Source: an uncultured Enterobacteriaceae bacterium | Lineage (GTDB): Bacteria; Pseudomonadota; Gammaproteobacteria; Burkholderiales; SG8-39 | Length of the DNA: 64,000 nucleotides | Assembly: GCA_964651335.1 (NCBI GenBank) | Contig: CAZYVT010000005.1 | Location: 7,719 to 71,718 of the forward strand | Direction: 5' to 3' | Part shown: one piece after another, positions 28,070-36,969 of the stretch | How the letters are laid out: each line of letters starts with the position of its first letter | How positions within the stretch are numbered: the stretch's first letter is position 1 | Translations under genes and position numbers: made by a program | Notes under the pieces: model-generated | Told to the model about the DNA's origin: nothing | Seen by the model: only the letters and a program-made list of their open reading frames with translations | Databases searched by the model: none

Positions 28070-29284
28070 CTATTGGGATCGGATCAAGTGGCTGATTGCC
28101 GCAGCCGCCCGCTCGCAGGCGCTTGCCGACGCCCGTTGGGTACCGGGAATCGGCACGGTCAAGCCGGCAAACGTGGCGGAACCCGCGCTTTCCACTTCGA
28201 ACTTTGCGCTCATGGTGAATCGTCTCAGGTCCCAGAGCGTGACCTGAAGCCGCGTCTTGAGCGCGTCGCCGCGCACCCCGGAGCAGCCCGGCGCCCTGTA
28301 AGTAGTGTCGCAGCGCAGGACATCGGGGTTGCGGTCGCTGCTGCGTTCGGTGTGGATCAGCGCGACGTAATCCAGCCCTGCAGTCCCGATTCCGTCCTGA
28401 ACGGCCGTCTGGCGCATCAGCTCAGGCATCTGTTGCGCGGTGTCCATGAGGGTCGAGTGTTCGAACCAGGGGAACAGGGCATCCTGGATCTGCTCGACCG
28501 GCACGACGGACATCTCCGGATTGGCCTGCGCCAATGCGTCGGCAAGACAGGCGGTGTCGTTGGTGGTCTTGCGCTCGCGCGACTCGGAGGGCTCGAGGAG
28601 TGATGTAATCGCGAGCCGGATCGGGCCGCGTTGACTCGCATGTGGACGGGCAGGGGCAATTTCCGCGCGTGCTGCGACCGGAAGTCTTGCATGCAGCGCC
28701 GGCCGCCGGACAATCGAGGTCAGCAATTGCGCGGCAGCATCGCGAAACGCGGCCGGATACAGCCGATCGTCGCGCGGCGTCCACGCACCGTCCATTCGAC
28801 TCCTCGCGTGGAGGGTCCACGAGTCGATGCGATCGCCCCCGGACGTATAGACGTCGACGCCATACTCGATCAGGCGGCCGGAAAACCCTGCTGTCGTCTG
28901 GGTCGGGCGATTGCGAATCGTAGCGACTCCTGCGATTCTGGGAACGAATACCAGTGAAGTGTCTTCCGGCGCAGCCGCCGCCGGCGGCGGCCACGCGGAG
29001 AGGCGTACCACGCCCTCGAAAACGGTTGCGAGCACATGATCGAACAGCGCGATGCTCGCAGTTCCGGGCCGGTGCGTGACTTCGGGTGCACCCCGGTCGG
29101 TCATCGCGCCATGGGTGAATTCGGGTGTGTAAAAGACGCCGATGGCGGTTGGCAGAGGGGCGAGGCGCGCCGCCGGCAGGGATGGAAACGCCGGCTGCAG
29201 GACAATCGGGTCGTTCGGGCCCGGTTGGGTCGCACAGCCCGTGAGACCGATGCAGAGAGCCAGGACTGCGTGGGCGGGCTTCAT
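28070..29284 (-). CDS. Hypothetical lipoprotein
   Basis: MKPAHAVLALCIGLTGC lipobox; ATGA overlap with the P450 stop. Confidence 0.65.
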   Translation of the reverse strand: MKPAHAVLALCIGLTGCATQPGPNDPIVLQPAFPSLPAARLAPLPTAIGVFYTPEFTHGAMTDRGAPEVTHRPGTASIALFDHVLATVFEGVVRLSAWPPPAAAAPEDTSLVFVPRIAGVATIRNRPTQTTAGFSGRLIEYGVDVYTSGGDRIDSWTLHARSRMDGAWTPRDDRLYPAAFRDAAAQLLTSIVRRPALHARLPVAARAEIAPARPHASQRGPIRLAITSLLEPSESRERKTTNDTACLADALAQANPEMSVVPVEQIQDALFPWFEHSTLMDTAQQMPELMRQTAVQDGIGTAGLDYVALIHTERSSDRNPDVLRCDTTYRAPGCSGVRGDALKTRLQVTLWDLRRFTMSAKFEVESAGSATFAGLTVPIPGTQRASASACERAAAAISHLIRSQ

Positions 29285-30702
29285 CGAGTTCCGGGCCGGT
29301 CGAATCCGCGTGTTCGCGCAGCCTGGCTCGAGTCGCGCGTTCGCACTATGGCTCGCACCGCGGTGCCGGGCCGCAACGTCACCGAGGGACGTGGCCGGAC
29401 CGCCTGACCGGGTATGAGATCGAACTTCCAACGCTCGATCAGCGTGGCAAGGATCAACAATGCCTCGAGCCAGGCGAACCCTTCGCCGATACAGTGACGG
29501 TCCCCGGCGCTGAACGGGAAGAACGCGCCGCGCGGCAGCCTGCGCTCGAACTCCTCGGTCCAGCGCTCGGGGTGGAAGCGTTCCGGCTGGTCGAAAAAGC
29601 GGCCGTCCCGGTGCGACACATACTGGCTCAGAAGGACGGTCGCGCCCTTGCGGATCGTGTAACCACCGAGCCGGACGTCCTCGAGCGGCGTTCGGCCGAC
29701 AAACCAGGCGGGCGGGTAGAGTCGGAGCCCTTCCAGGATCACCTGGCGCGTGTAGCAGAGGCGATCGGCATCCGCGGCCTCGAAGCGCGGCCGGCCCGCG
29801 AGCACCGACTGCACCTCGGCGTGGAGCTTCGCATCTGCCTCCGGATGCTGTGCCAGCAGCCAGATCGTCCAGGTGAGCACGTTGGCGGTGGTTTCGTGAC
29901 CGGCGAGAAACAGCGTCAGCAGCTCGTCGCGCAACTGCTTCTCGTTCATGGCGGCGTTGGTTTCGTCATCCTTCGCCTGCATCAGGAGCGAGAGCAGGTC
30001 CTCCCCGCGCCCGGGATGACGCAGACGGTGCGCGATCATGCCGTAGATGACCTCGTCCAGCTCCTGCAGCGCCCTGCGGAATCTGTGCGTCGAGGGCAGG
30101 GGGAGGTTGAGGGCATAGCGCAGGAACGGCGACAGCAGGCGCGTGAAATACGACATCAGGAGCGTGAGGTTGCGCGAGACCCGGTCCGCCTCGCCTTCGA
30201 CGTCATGGTCGAACAGCGTTTTCGCCACCACCGCCATGGTGAGCTTCATCATCTCCGCGGCGATATCGATCTCGCCTCCCGGAGTCCAGCGCCCGGAGGT
30301 ACGCTGCGCGAATTCGACCATGCAGCCCGCGTAGGCGTCGATCCTCGATTTGCGGAATACCGGCTGCATCAGGCGCCGCTGCCGCGCGTGCAGCTCGCCG
30401 CGCGCAGTGAGCAGTCCCGTCCCGAGGACGAGCTCGAGCCGCGCGCGCAACGCGCTGACCTCGAATTTCGCGCGCTGCGTGATCAGGACTTCCCGCACGT
30501 AATCCGGGTGGCTGACGAGGAACACCTCATTGCCGGCGAGCGAGAAGCAGGCGATGTCGCCGTACTTGCGGGCGATCCCTGATAGAAGCCCGAGCGGGTC
30601 CCTGGCGAACTTCCACGACTGCACGATCCCGGTGAGGCGCGCCGGGCCGGGCGGCCGCGCGCGCGAATCCGGCCTGGACGCCGCGGCTTCGCGCGCATCC
30701 AT
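29281..30702 (-). CDS. Cytochrome P450
   Basis: AGHETT, EGLR, PERW, FSAGDRHCIG heme ligand. Confidence 0.95.
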   Translation of the reverse strand: MDAREAAASRPDSRARPPGPARLTGIVQSWKFARDPLGLLSGIARKYGDIACFSLAGNEVFLVSHPDYVREVLITQRAKFEVSALRARLELVLGTGLLTARGELHARQRRLMQPVFRKSRIDAYAGCMVEFAQRTSGRWTPGGEIDIAAEMMKLTMAVVAKTLFDHDVEGEADRVSRNLTLLMSYFTRLLSPFLRYALNLPLPSTHRFRRALQELDEVIYGMIAHRLRHPGRGEDLLSLLMQAKDDETNAAMNEKQLRDELLTLFLAGHETTANVLTWTIWLLAQHPEADAKLHAEVQSVLAGRPRFEAADADRLCYTRQVILEGLRLYPPAWFVGRTPLEDVRLGGYTIRKGATVLLSQYVSHRDGRFFDQPERFHPERWTEEFERRLPRGAFFPFSAGDRHCIGEGFAWLEALLILATLIERWKFDLIPGQAVRPRPSVTLRPGTAVRAIVRTRDSSQAARTRGFDRPGTR

Positions 30703-31883
30703 CAGATCGCTCCCTCGGCAGCGAGGCGCTCGATTTCGCCTGCGGCGCATCCCAGCTCGGCGAGGATCTGCCGGGTGTGCCCGCCGAGTGCGGGAACCGC
30801 ATCCATGCGCGGCTCGAACGCGTCGAGATTGAGCGGGGGCTTCATCGCCTTCAGCGTTCCCGCCGGCGAATCCACGTCGCGCCAGCGATCACGGGCCTGG
30901 AGTTGCGCGTGATCCCAGAATTCCTGCATCGTGTTCAGGCGCGCGTTGGCGATCTCGGCGCGCTCCAGCCGCTCCAGGACCTGGGTCGCGGTCAGATTCG
31001 AGAACGCGCGCTCGATTTCGGTGCGCAGGCAATTGCGGTTGGCGTCGCGTACCGGGCCGGTGGCGAAGCGCTCGTCCGAGGCAAGCGCCGCATCGCAAAG
31101 CACGATGTCGCAGAACCGCGCGAATTCGCGATCGTTCTGCACGCCGAGAAAGACGCTATTGCCATCGCCTGCGGCGAACGGGCCGTAGGGAGCGATCGTG
31201 GCGTGGAACGCGCCCGAGCGCGGCGGCGCGGTTCCGCCGTACGCGGTGAAGTAGGCGGGAAACCCCATCCACTCGCCGAGCGACTCGAACATGGTGATGT
31301 CGAGGGTCGCACCGCAGCCTTCGCGCTCCCGCCTCAACAGTGCGGCGAGGATCGAGGACAGGCCGTACATGCCGGCGGCGATGTCTGCGACCGGAATTCC
31401 GGCTTTGGCGTGCATCTCCTCGGTGCCGGTCACCGAAAGCAGCCCTGCCTCGCACTGCACCAGCAGGTCGTAGGCCTTCTTCGCCGCGTAAGGCCCCGCC
31501 GGACCGTAGCCGGAGATACCGCACCAGATCAGCCGCGGGTGCTTCGCGCGCAGCTCTGCCGCACCCAGGCCCATGCGGTCTGCGGCGCCGGGGGCGAGGT
31601 TCTGCACGAATACGTCGGCGCGCGCGATCAGCTTTGCGAGGATCGCCCTCGCCTGCGCATGCTTCACGTCGAGCGTAAGGCTTTCCTTGGAGCGATTGAC
31701 CCAGACGAAATGCGAAGACAGGCCCTTCACTGTCCGGTCGTAGCCGCGCGCGGCGTCGCCGCTGCCCGGGCGCTCGATCTTGATCACGCGCGCGCCCAGT
31801 TCCGCAAGCTGCCGGGTGCAAAACGGCCCCGCGATCACCTGTTCCAGCGCCACGACGGTGATGCCGTCCAGGGGTCGTTTCAT
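30702..31883 (-). CDS. CaiB/BaiF family III CoA-transferase
   Basis: GARVIKIERP, NRSKES, KAYDLL. Confidence 0.93.
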   Translation of the reverse strand: MKRPLDGITVVALEQVIAGPFCTRQLAELGARVIKIERPGSGDAARGYDRTVKGLSSHFVWVNRSKESLTLDVKHAQARAILAKLIARADVFVQNLAPGAADRMGLGAAELRAKHPRLIWCGISGYGPAGPYAAKKAYDLLVQCEAGLLSVTGTEEMHAKAGIPVADIAAGMYGLSSILAALLRREREGCGATLDITMFESLGEWMGFPAYFTAYGGTAPPRSGAFHATIAPYGPFAAGDGNSVFLGVQNDREFARFCDIVLCDAALASDERFATGPVRDANRNCLRTEIERAFSNLTATQVLERLERAEIANARLNTMQEFWDHAQLQARDRWRDVDSPAGTLKAMKPPLNLDAFEPRMDAVPALGGHTRQILAELGCAAGEIERLAAEGAI

Positions 31884-31996
31884 GCGAGCTCGGCGGCAAG
31901 GGCGTTGTGGGCTGCGGCAGCCATGGCGGCGATGATTTTACGTCGCCGATCCCGCGGTGGTTGCGCGGCGGCGCTCTGCGTGCCACATTAGACGCC

Positions 31997-32422
31997 ATGG
32001 AACAGTATCTCGCGTGGGCGATCATGGGCCTGACGCTGGTGATCGTCGAGCTGGTCTCCGGCACGTTTTACCTTGTGATGCTCGGCGTAGCGGCGTTCGG
32101 CGCCAGCGCCGCCGCGTACCTGGGTTACGATTTCCCCGTGCAGGCGATCGTCGCGGCAATTGTCGCGGGCGCCGGGTGCTACTGGGTGTTCGCGTACCGC
32201 GCGCGCAACGCCGCAAAACAAATGGCGCAGGTGGACGCCGGCCAACCGGCCAGTTTCGAGACCTGGGTGGACCAGGGTGCACGCTTGGCGCGCGTGCGCT
32301 ATCGCGGCGCATCCTGGGACGCGCGCGTCGAAGGCGACCAGGCTCCCGAGCCAGGCGCGATCGTGTACGTAGTCTCCACCCATGGCAATACGCTCAAAGT
32401 CACCGCACGGCGCCCCGGCTGA
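31997..32422 (+). CDS. NfeD family protein (short)
   Basis: Hydrophobic N-terminus plus OB-like VRYRGASWDAR...GNTLKV; next to SPFH gene. Confidence 0.88.
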   Translation: MEQYLAWAIMGLTLVIVELVSGTFYLVMLGVAAFGASAAAYLGYDFPVQAIVAAIVAGAGCYWVFAYRARNAAKQMAQVDAGQPASFETWVDQGARLARVRYRGASWDARVEGDQAPEPGAIVYVVSTHGNTLKVTARRPG

Positions 32423-32465
32423 GTCCCAGCCCGCGGCACCGGTTTCCCGCCCAAGGAGGTTACCG

Positions 32466-33461
32466 ATGTTCGCCAAGCTGATCGTCGCCGTCGTCCTCAC
32501 GGCCATCACCGCCGCCATACCCGACACGCGAGGCTACGCTGTGTGGGTCTTCTTCATTGCGGTGGTGATCGCGTTCGTGATCGAGGGCGTGCGCATCGTG
32601 CCGCAGCAAAGCGCTTACGTGATCGAGCGGCTCGGGCGCTTCCACGCGATTCTCGAGCCGGGCCTCAACCTCATCATCCCGTTCCTCGACCGCCTCGCCT
32701 ACATGCATTCGCTGAAGGAAGTGCCGCTCGATGTGCCGGAACAGGTGTGCATCACCAAGGACAACACGCAGCTCGCGGTGGACGGCGTCCTTTATTACCA
32801 GGTGACCGATCCGCGACTCGCCTCCTACGGTTCGGCCAACTACATCGCCGCGATCACCCAGTTGGCGCAGACCACGCTGCGCAGCGTGATCGGCAAGATG
32901 GAGCTCGACAAGAGCTTCGAGTCGCGCGAGGACATCAACCGCCACATCGTCGCGGCACTGGACGAGGCGGGGCGCAACTGGGGCATCAAGGTGCTGCGCT
33001 ACGAGATCAAGAGCATCACGCCGCCGGAATCGATCCTGCGCGCGATGCAGGCGCAGATCACCGCCGAACGCGAGAAGCGCGCGCTGATCGCCAAGTCCGA
33101 GGGCGAGCGGCAGCAGCAGATCAACATCGCCGACGGCAAGCGGCAGGCGGCGATCCTCGAGTCCGAGGGCGAGAAGCAGAGCGCGATCAACCGGGCGCAG
33201 GGCGAGGGCACGGCGATCCGCGTGATCGCAGAAGCGAACGCGGCGGCCGTGAGGGCGGTTGCGGAAGCGATCATCGACAAGGGCGGCATGGAGGCGGCGA
33301 ACCTCAAGGTGGCGCAGCAATACGTCGAGGCGTTCGCGCACCTCGCCAAGACGTCGAACACGCTGATCGTGCCCGCGAATGCCGCGGACATTGCCTCATT
33401 CGTCACTACCGCGATGACCGTGCTCGACAAGACGAGGCAGGCCGGCGCGGCAAGGTCCTGA
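32466..33461 (+). CDS. SPFH/paraslipin (QmcA-like) protein
   Basis: ERLGRF, ITKDN, AQTTLRSVIG, AEREKRA. Confidence 0.93.
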   Translation: MFAKLIVAVVLTAITAAIPDTRGYAVWVFFIAVVIAFVIEGVRIVPQQSAYVIERLGRFHAILEPGLNLIIPFLDRLAYMHSLKEVPLDVPEQVCITKDNTQLAVDGVLYYQVTDPRLASYGSANYIAAITQLAQTTLRSVIGKMELDKSFESREDINRHIVAALDEAGRNWGIKVLRYEIKSITPPESILRAMQAQITAEREKRALIAKSEGERQQQINIADGKRQAAILESEGEKQSAINRAQGEGTAIRVIAEANAAAVRAVAEAIIDKGGMEAANLKVAQQYVEAFAHLAKTSNTLIVPANAADIASFVTTAMTVLDKTRQAGAARS

Positions 33462-33471
33462 GGAGACGCGC

Positions 33472-33861
33472 ATGGCCGTCGCCGGCATGAACCACTTCAC
33501 GATCCTGACCGACGATCTGGAGAAGACGCTCGCCTTCTACGCCGAGCACCTCGGCCTGAGGCCCGGCCCGCGCCCGCCGTTCGCATTTCCCGGCGCCTGG
33601 CTCTACGGCGAAGGCGGCAGCGACGCGATCCTGCACATCATCGCCGGGCGTCCACGCGAGGAATTGCGCAAGGGCGTGATCGACCACATGGCGTTTACCG
33701 GGAGCGATCTCGCGCGGTCCGTAGGCAAGCTTAAGGCGCGCGGTGTCGCCTATGACCTGCGGAAATTGCCGGCGTACGGCACCTGGCAGCTTTTTTTCTT
33801 CGACCCGAACGGCGCCAAGGTCGAGATCGACTTCGACCCGGCGGAGACCGCGCCCGCTTAG
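33472..33861 (+). CDS. VOC/glyoxalase family protein
   Basis: NHFTI, IDHMAF, DPNGAKVE. Confidence 0.88.
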   Translation: MAVAGMNHFTILTDDLEKTLAFYAEHLGLRPGPRPPFAFPGAWLYGEGGSDAILHIIAGRPREELRKGVIDHMAFTGSDLARSVGKLKARGVAYDLRKLPAYGTWQLFFFDPNGAKVEIDFDPAETAPA

Positions 33862-34481
33862 AGCAGCGCCAGCAGCATCCCCTGTTCGATCTTCGAGGCG
33901 AGGCGGCGCAGCGGCCGGTCGCCCTTCGCGACGCACGCGCCGCTCCCCGCGTCAAACGTCCAGCCGTGCTTCGGGCAGACGAGCCCGCCCTCGGCGAGCG
34001 CCTCGAGCGGGATGTCCGTGCCCTGGTGCGGGCAGTGAACGTCGTAGATGCGGCATTCCTCGCCGGCCCGATAGACGAACACACCGCGTCCGGCGCATTC
34101 CAGCCGCTGCAGCTTCTCTTTCGCAATACTCGTGAGCGGCGCCAGCTCGCGCCATTGCAGCCCGGCCATGCGTTCGGGATCGAACTCGGGCAGCTTCATC
34201 GCCAGCAGCATGTCCACCGCCCAGACGATCTTCGCCAGCCCGAGCGCGGGAAACGCCATCAGCAACGCGTCGAGGATCTCCGGAGCGATGCACCCCACAG
34301 CCAAGGCTCGCTTCACGTATTGCTTGAGCCCGCGCTCGGTCTGGCCGTGCACCTTGGTGATCACCGAGATGAGGGCTTTCGTCTTCGGGTCGAGGTGCCT
34401 GCCCGTTTCCTTGAGGAAGGCGAAGTAGTGCCCCATCGCCTCCGGCCGCACCTTGACCAGATAGGAGAGGGCGTCGCTCAT
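33858..34481 (-). CDS. CMD/AhpD-like plus Rieske [2Fe-2S] fusion protein
   Basis: LDPKTKALIS...EILDALL (CMD-like); CPHQG...CPKHG (Rieske). Confidence 0.82.
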   Translation of the reverse strand: MSDALSYLVKVRPEAMGHYFAFLKETGRHLDPKTKALISVITKVHGQTERGLKQYVKRALAVGCIAPEILDALLMAFPALGLAKIVWAVDMLLAMKLPEFDPERMAGLQWRELAPLTSIAKEKLQRLECAGRGVFVYRAGEECRIYDVHCPHQGTDIPLEALAEGGLVCPKHGWTFDAGSGACVAKGDRPLRRLASKIEQGMLLALL

Positions 34482-34488
34482 GATTGGG

Positions 34489-35454
34489 TCAGTCGACGCG
34501 CGCGCCCGACTCGCGCACGACCTTGCCGAACTTCGGGATGTCGGTGCGAATGATCGCGGTGAGCTCCTCGGGTGTGATGCCGCCCGCTTCCAGCCCGAGA
34601 TCCTGCAGCCGCTTCGCCACGTCGGGTGCCTTGAGCGCCCTGGCGGTCTCCAGGTAGAGCCGGTCGATGATCTGCTTCGGCACTCCCGCAGGGGCGAACA
34701 TCGCCTGCCAGGAGCTGATGTCGTAGCCCGCAAGGCCTGCCTCGGCCATCGTCGGTACCTCGGGGGCGAGGAATGAGCGCTTGCTCGATGTCACCGCAAG
34801 TGCCTTGAGCTTGCCCTGCTTCGCCGGCGGATACGCAGTGGTGAGATTCTCGAAGCTCATCGAGATCGTGCCCGAGAGCAGGTCCGGTATCATCGGTCCG
34901 CTGCCCTTGTACGGCACGTGCTGCATCTGGACGCCGGTCATCGCCTTAAACAATTCGCCCGACATGTGCTGCGACGTACCGTTTCCCGCCGAGCCGAAGG
35001 TGTGCTTGTCGGGATTGGCCTTGAGAAACGCAATCAGCTCCTGCACGTTGTTTGCCGGGATCCTCGGGTGCACGACCAGCATGTTCGGCAGCGTCGCGAG
35101 CATGGTGATCGGCGAGAAGTCCTTGAGCGGATCGTAGGGCAGCTTCGAATAGAGCGAGATGTTGATCGCGTGCGAGCTGATCGTGCCGCCGCCGATGGTG
35201 TAGCCGTCGGGCGCGGCGCGCGCGAGTTCCGCAACGCCGATCGAGCCTGCCTGGCCAGGCTTGTTCTCGACCACCACCGGCTGGCCGAGCGCCTCGGAGA
35301 GCTTGGCGCCGATCAAGCGGCCGAGGATGTCGGTGGTGCCGCCGGGCGCGAACGGCACGATGTATTTGATCGGCTTGGTCGGCCAGGTCTGCGCCGAAGC
35401 GGCCGCGGCGACGGTGAGTAAAGCCGCGGCCGCACATCGGGTAAGCGTCATCAT
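34489..35454 (-). CDS. Bug/TctC tripartite tricarboxylate transporter binding protein
   Basis: VPFAPGGTTD, ENKPG, PDGYT, HVPYKG. Confidence 0.95.
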   Translation of the reverse strand: MMTLTRCAAAALLTVAAAASAQTWPTKPIKYIVPFAPGGTTDILGRLIGAKLSEALGQPVVVENKPGQAGSIGVAELARAAPDGYTIGGGTISSHAINISLYSKLPYDPLKDFSPITMLATLPNMLVVHPRIPANNVQELIAFLKANPDKHTFGSAGNGTSQHMSGELFKAMTGVQMQHVPYKGSGPMIPDLLSGTISMSFENLTTAYPPAKQGKLKALAVTSSKRSFLAPEVPTMAEAGLAGYDISSWQAMFAPAGVPKQIIDRLYLETARALKAPDVAKRLQDLGLEAGGITPEELTAIIRTDIPKFGKVVRESGARVD

Positions 35455-35481
35455 CGGAATCTCTCCTCCTCTGGAGCGGCG

Positions 35482-35739
35482 CTAGTGTAGCAGCCGCCTT
35501 GCGCATGGATCTGCGCGCGCGGCCCGCGGCGTAAACCAGATGAAATCGAAACTTGCGGCGGTCGCGGCGCCGTCGGCAATGTAATCGGACGGCGTGGTCT
35601 TTCCGGCTTCGACAAATGCGCCGGGGCGCACGTCCCATACGCGTCCCGCAAGCGAATGGTCCTGCAGCAGCAGGCCGTGCGAACAGCCGGCGAGAAACAC
35701 TCCGCACGCGAACGCAGCGAAGCCTCGCGCCGCACTCAC
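35482..35739 (-). pseudogene. ChaN-like lipoprotein remnant (N- and C-termini fused)
   Basis: LAGC lipobox and QDHSLAGRVWDVR joined to FDFIWFTPRAARADPCA; only 85 aa. Confidence 0.55.
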
Positions 35740-35872
35740 ACGACACCGCACCCGGCGGCATGATCGTACTTCAGTCGGTACAACACCGGGTCGAACGCGC
35801 TGTTCGAGCGGTTCGACCTGACGGAAGTAAGCCATTTCCCAACAGGTGAATCAGTGTTTTGCCCCGCCCATA

Positions 35873-35916
35873 TCAGGGATTCCCCGATGGTTCCGAACCC
35901 TCCGCAGTCCCACCAT
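35873..35916 (+). promoter_or_regulatory. Palindromic box plus -10 (copy 1)
   Basis: TCAGGGATTCCCCGATGG; -10-like CACCAT starts 38 nt after box start. Confidence 0.6.
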
Positions 35917-36032
35917 CCGGACCGACACACGAGCCGCGGTCGCAGCCAGCGAGGTTTCGGCCGAGGCACAAGCGACCCGGTCGAGCGCCAAAACGCAATG
36001 GTCGTTCGAGTGACCGATCAGAAGGAGGCATC

Positions 36033-36572
36033 ATGGAAACATCGCTAAACGTCAAGAAACGGATTCTGTGGCTGGCGGCCCTTGCCTGCGCACTTCCGGC
36101 CGGCATCGCCGTCGCCGACGGAAGTACGCGCGCGCCGCTGCAAGTTTGGGCGATCGGGCTTCCCAACGGCTACGTCGTCATGGAACACCAGGCTCGCGTC
36201 CTCGAGGTCACCGCGGAGGATGTCGCCAAGGGAATGGTCGAAGTCCGCGGCGGCTCGCGTATTGCGATTACGACCGACTCGCCCGGTGGCTACACGGTGG
36301 ATTTCCACGGTCGCAGCCCTTTGATCCAGACCGCCTGGATCGGAGGTATCGGGCACGCGGTCGAGATCGATTCCAGGGGCGGGACCGTGGTGGAAAGGGA
36401 GGTTGCGTCCGGCCGGCGCGTGGTCGCAATCGACTACCGGTTCGTGCTCTCCCCCGATGCGGTCGCCGGCCGCTACGCGTGGCCACTCGACATGGCGGTC
36501 CGCGCACCGATGCCTGCGGACTACGCTCGGCCGAACGGCGCGCACCGCCTTGCATCGTTCGGCGTCCGCTGA
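36033..36572 (+). CDS. Exported hypothetical protein, possibly pilin/Ig-like
   Basis: AAGGAGG RBS, signal peptide, beta-rich sequence, C-terminal AGRYAWPL. Confidence 0.65.
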   Translation: METSLNVKKRILWLAALACALPAGIAVADGSTRAPLQVWAIGLPNGYVVMEHQARVLEVTAEDVAKGMVEVRGGSRIAITTDSPGGYTVDFHGRSPLIQTAWIGGIGHAVEIDSRGGTVVEREVASGRRVVAIDYRFVLSPDAVAGRYAWPLDMAVRAPMPADYARPNGAHRLASFGVR

Positions 36573-36969
36573 ACCCCGATGAGAAATTCTTGAGCACCGG
36601 CGGCTGGAACCGGGGCAAACGGCGCGGTAGAGTTTCGGCGCACCAGGCGATAAGCCTGGTCAACTCGGAAACAGGCGCCGTGCCGGCGGGCACTCGAAAC
36701 TTTGGGGCGGATATGGCGCGAACCCGCGCAGCCGGACCATGGGAACGGGGCCAAACCCTGTTCGCGCGCCGCCAGGACGAGAGCGAGCTTCGGGGGGACA
36801 TCAGTTTGCGCCCGTTCGCGATTTCAGAGAGACTGCTTCTCATCCACAACGTGCGCGATGCAGGTTTGCGAGCGCGAGCGGAAGCCGGGTTGCGGGAAAA
36901 TGTTGGTGCTCCTCGATCTCGTCTGTGGGTGTGCCTGAATAGCCCATACCGTGCTCGGGAGGTCGGCCT

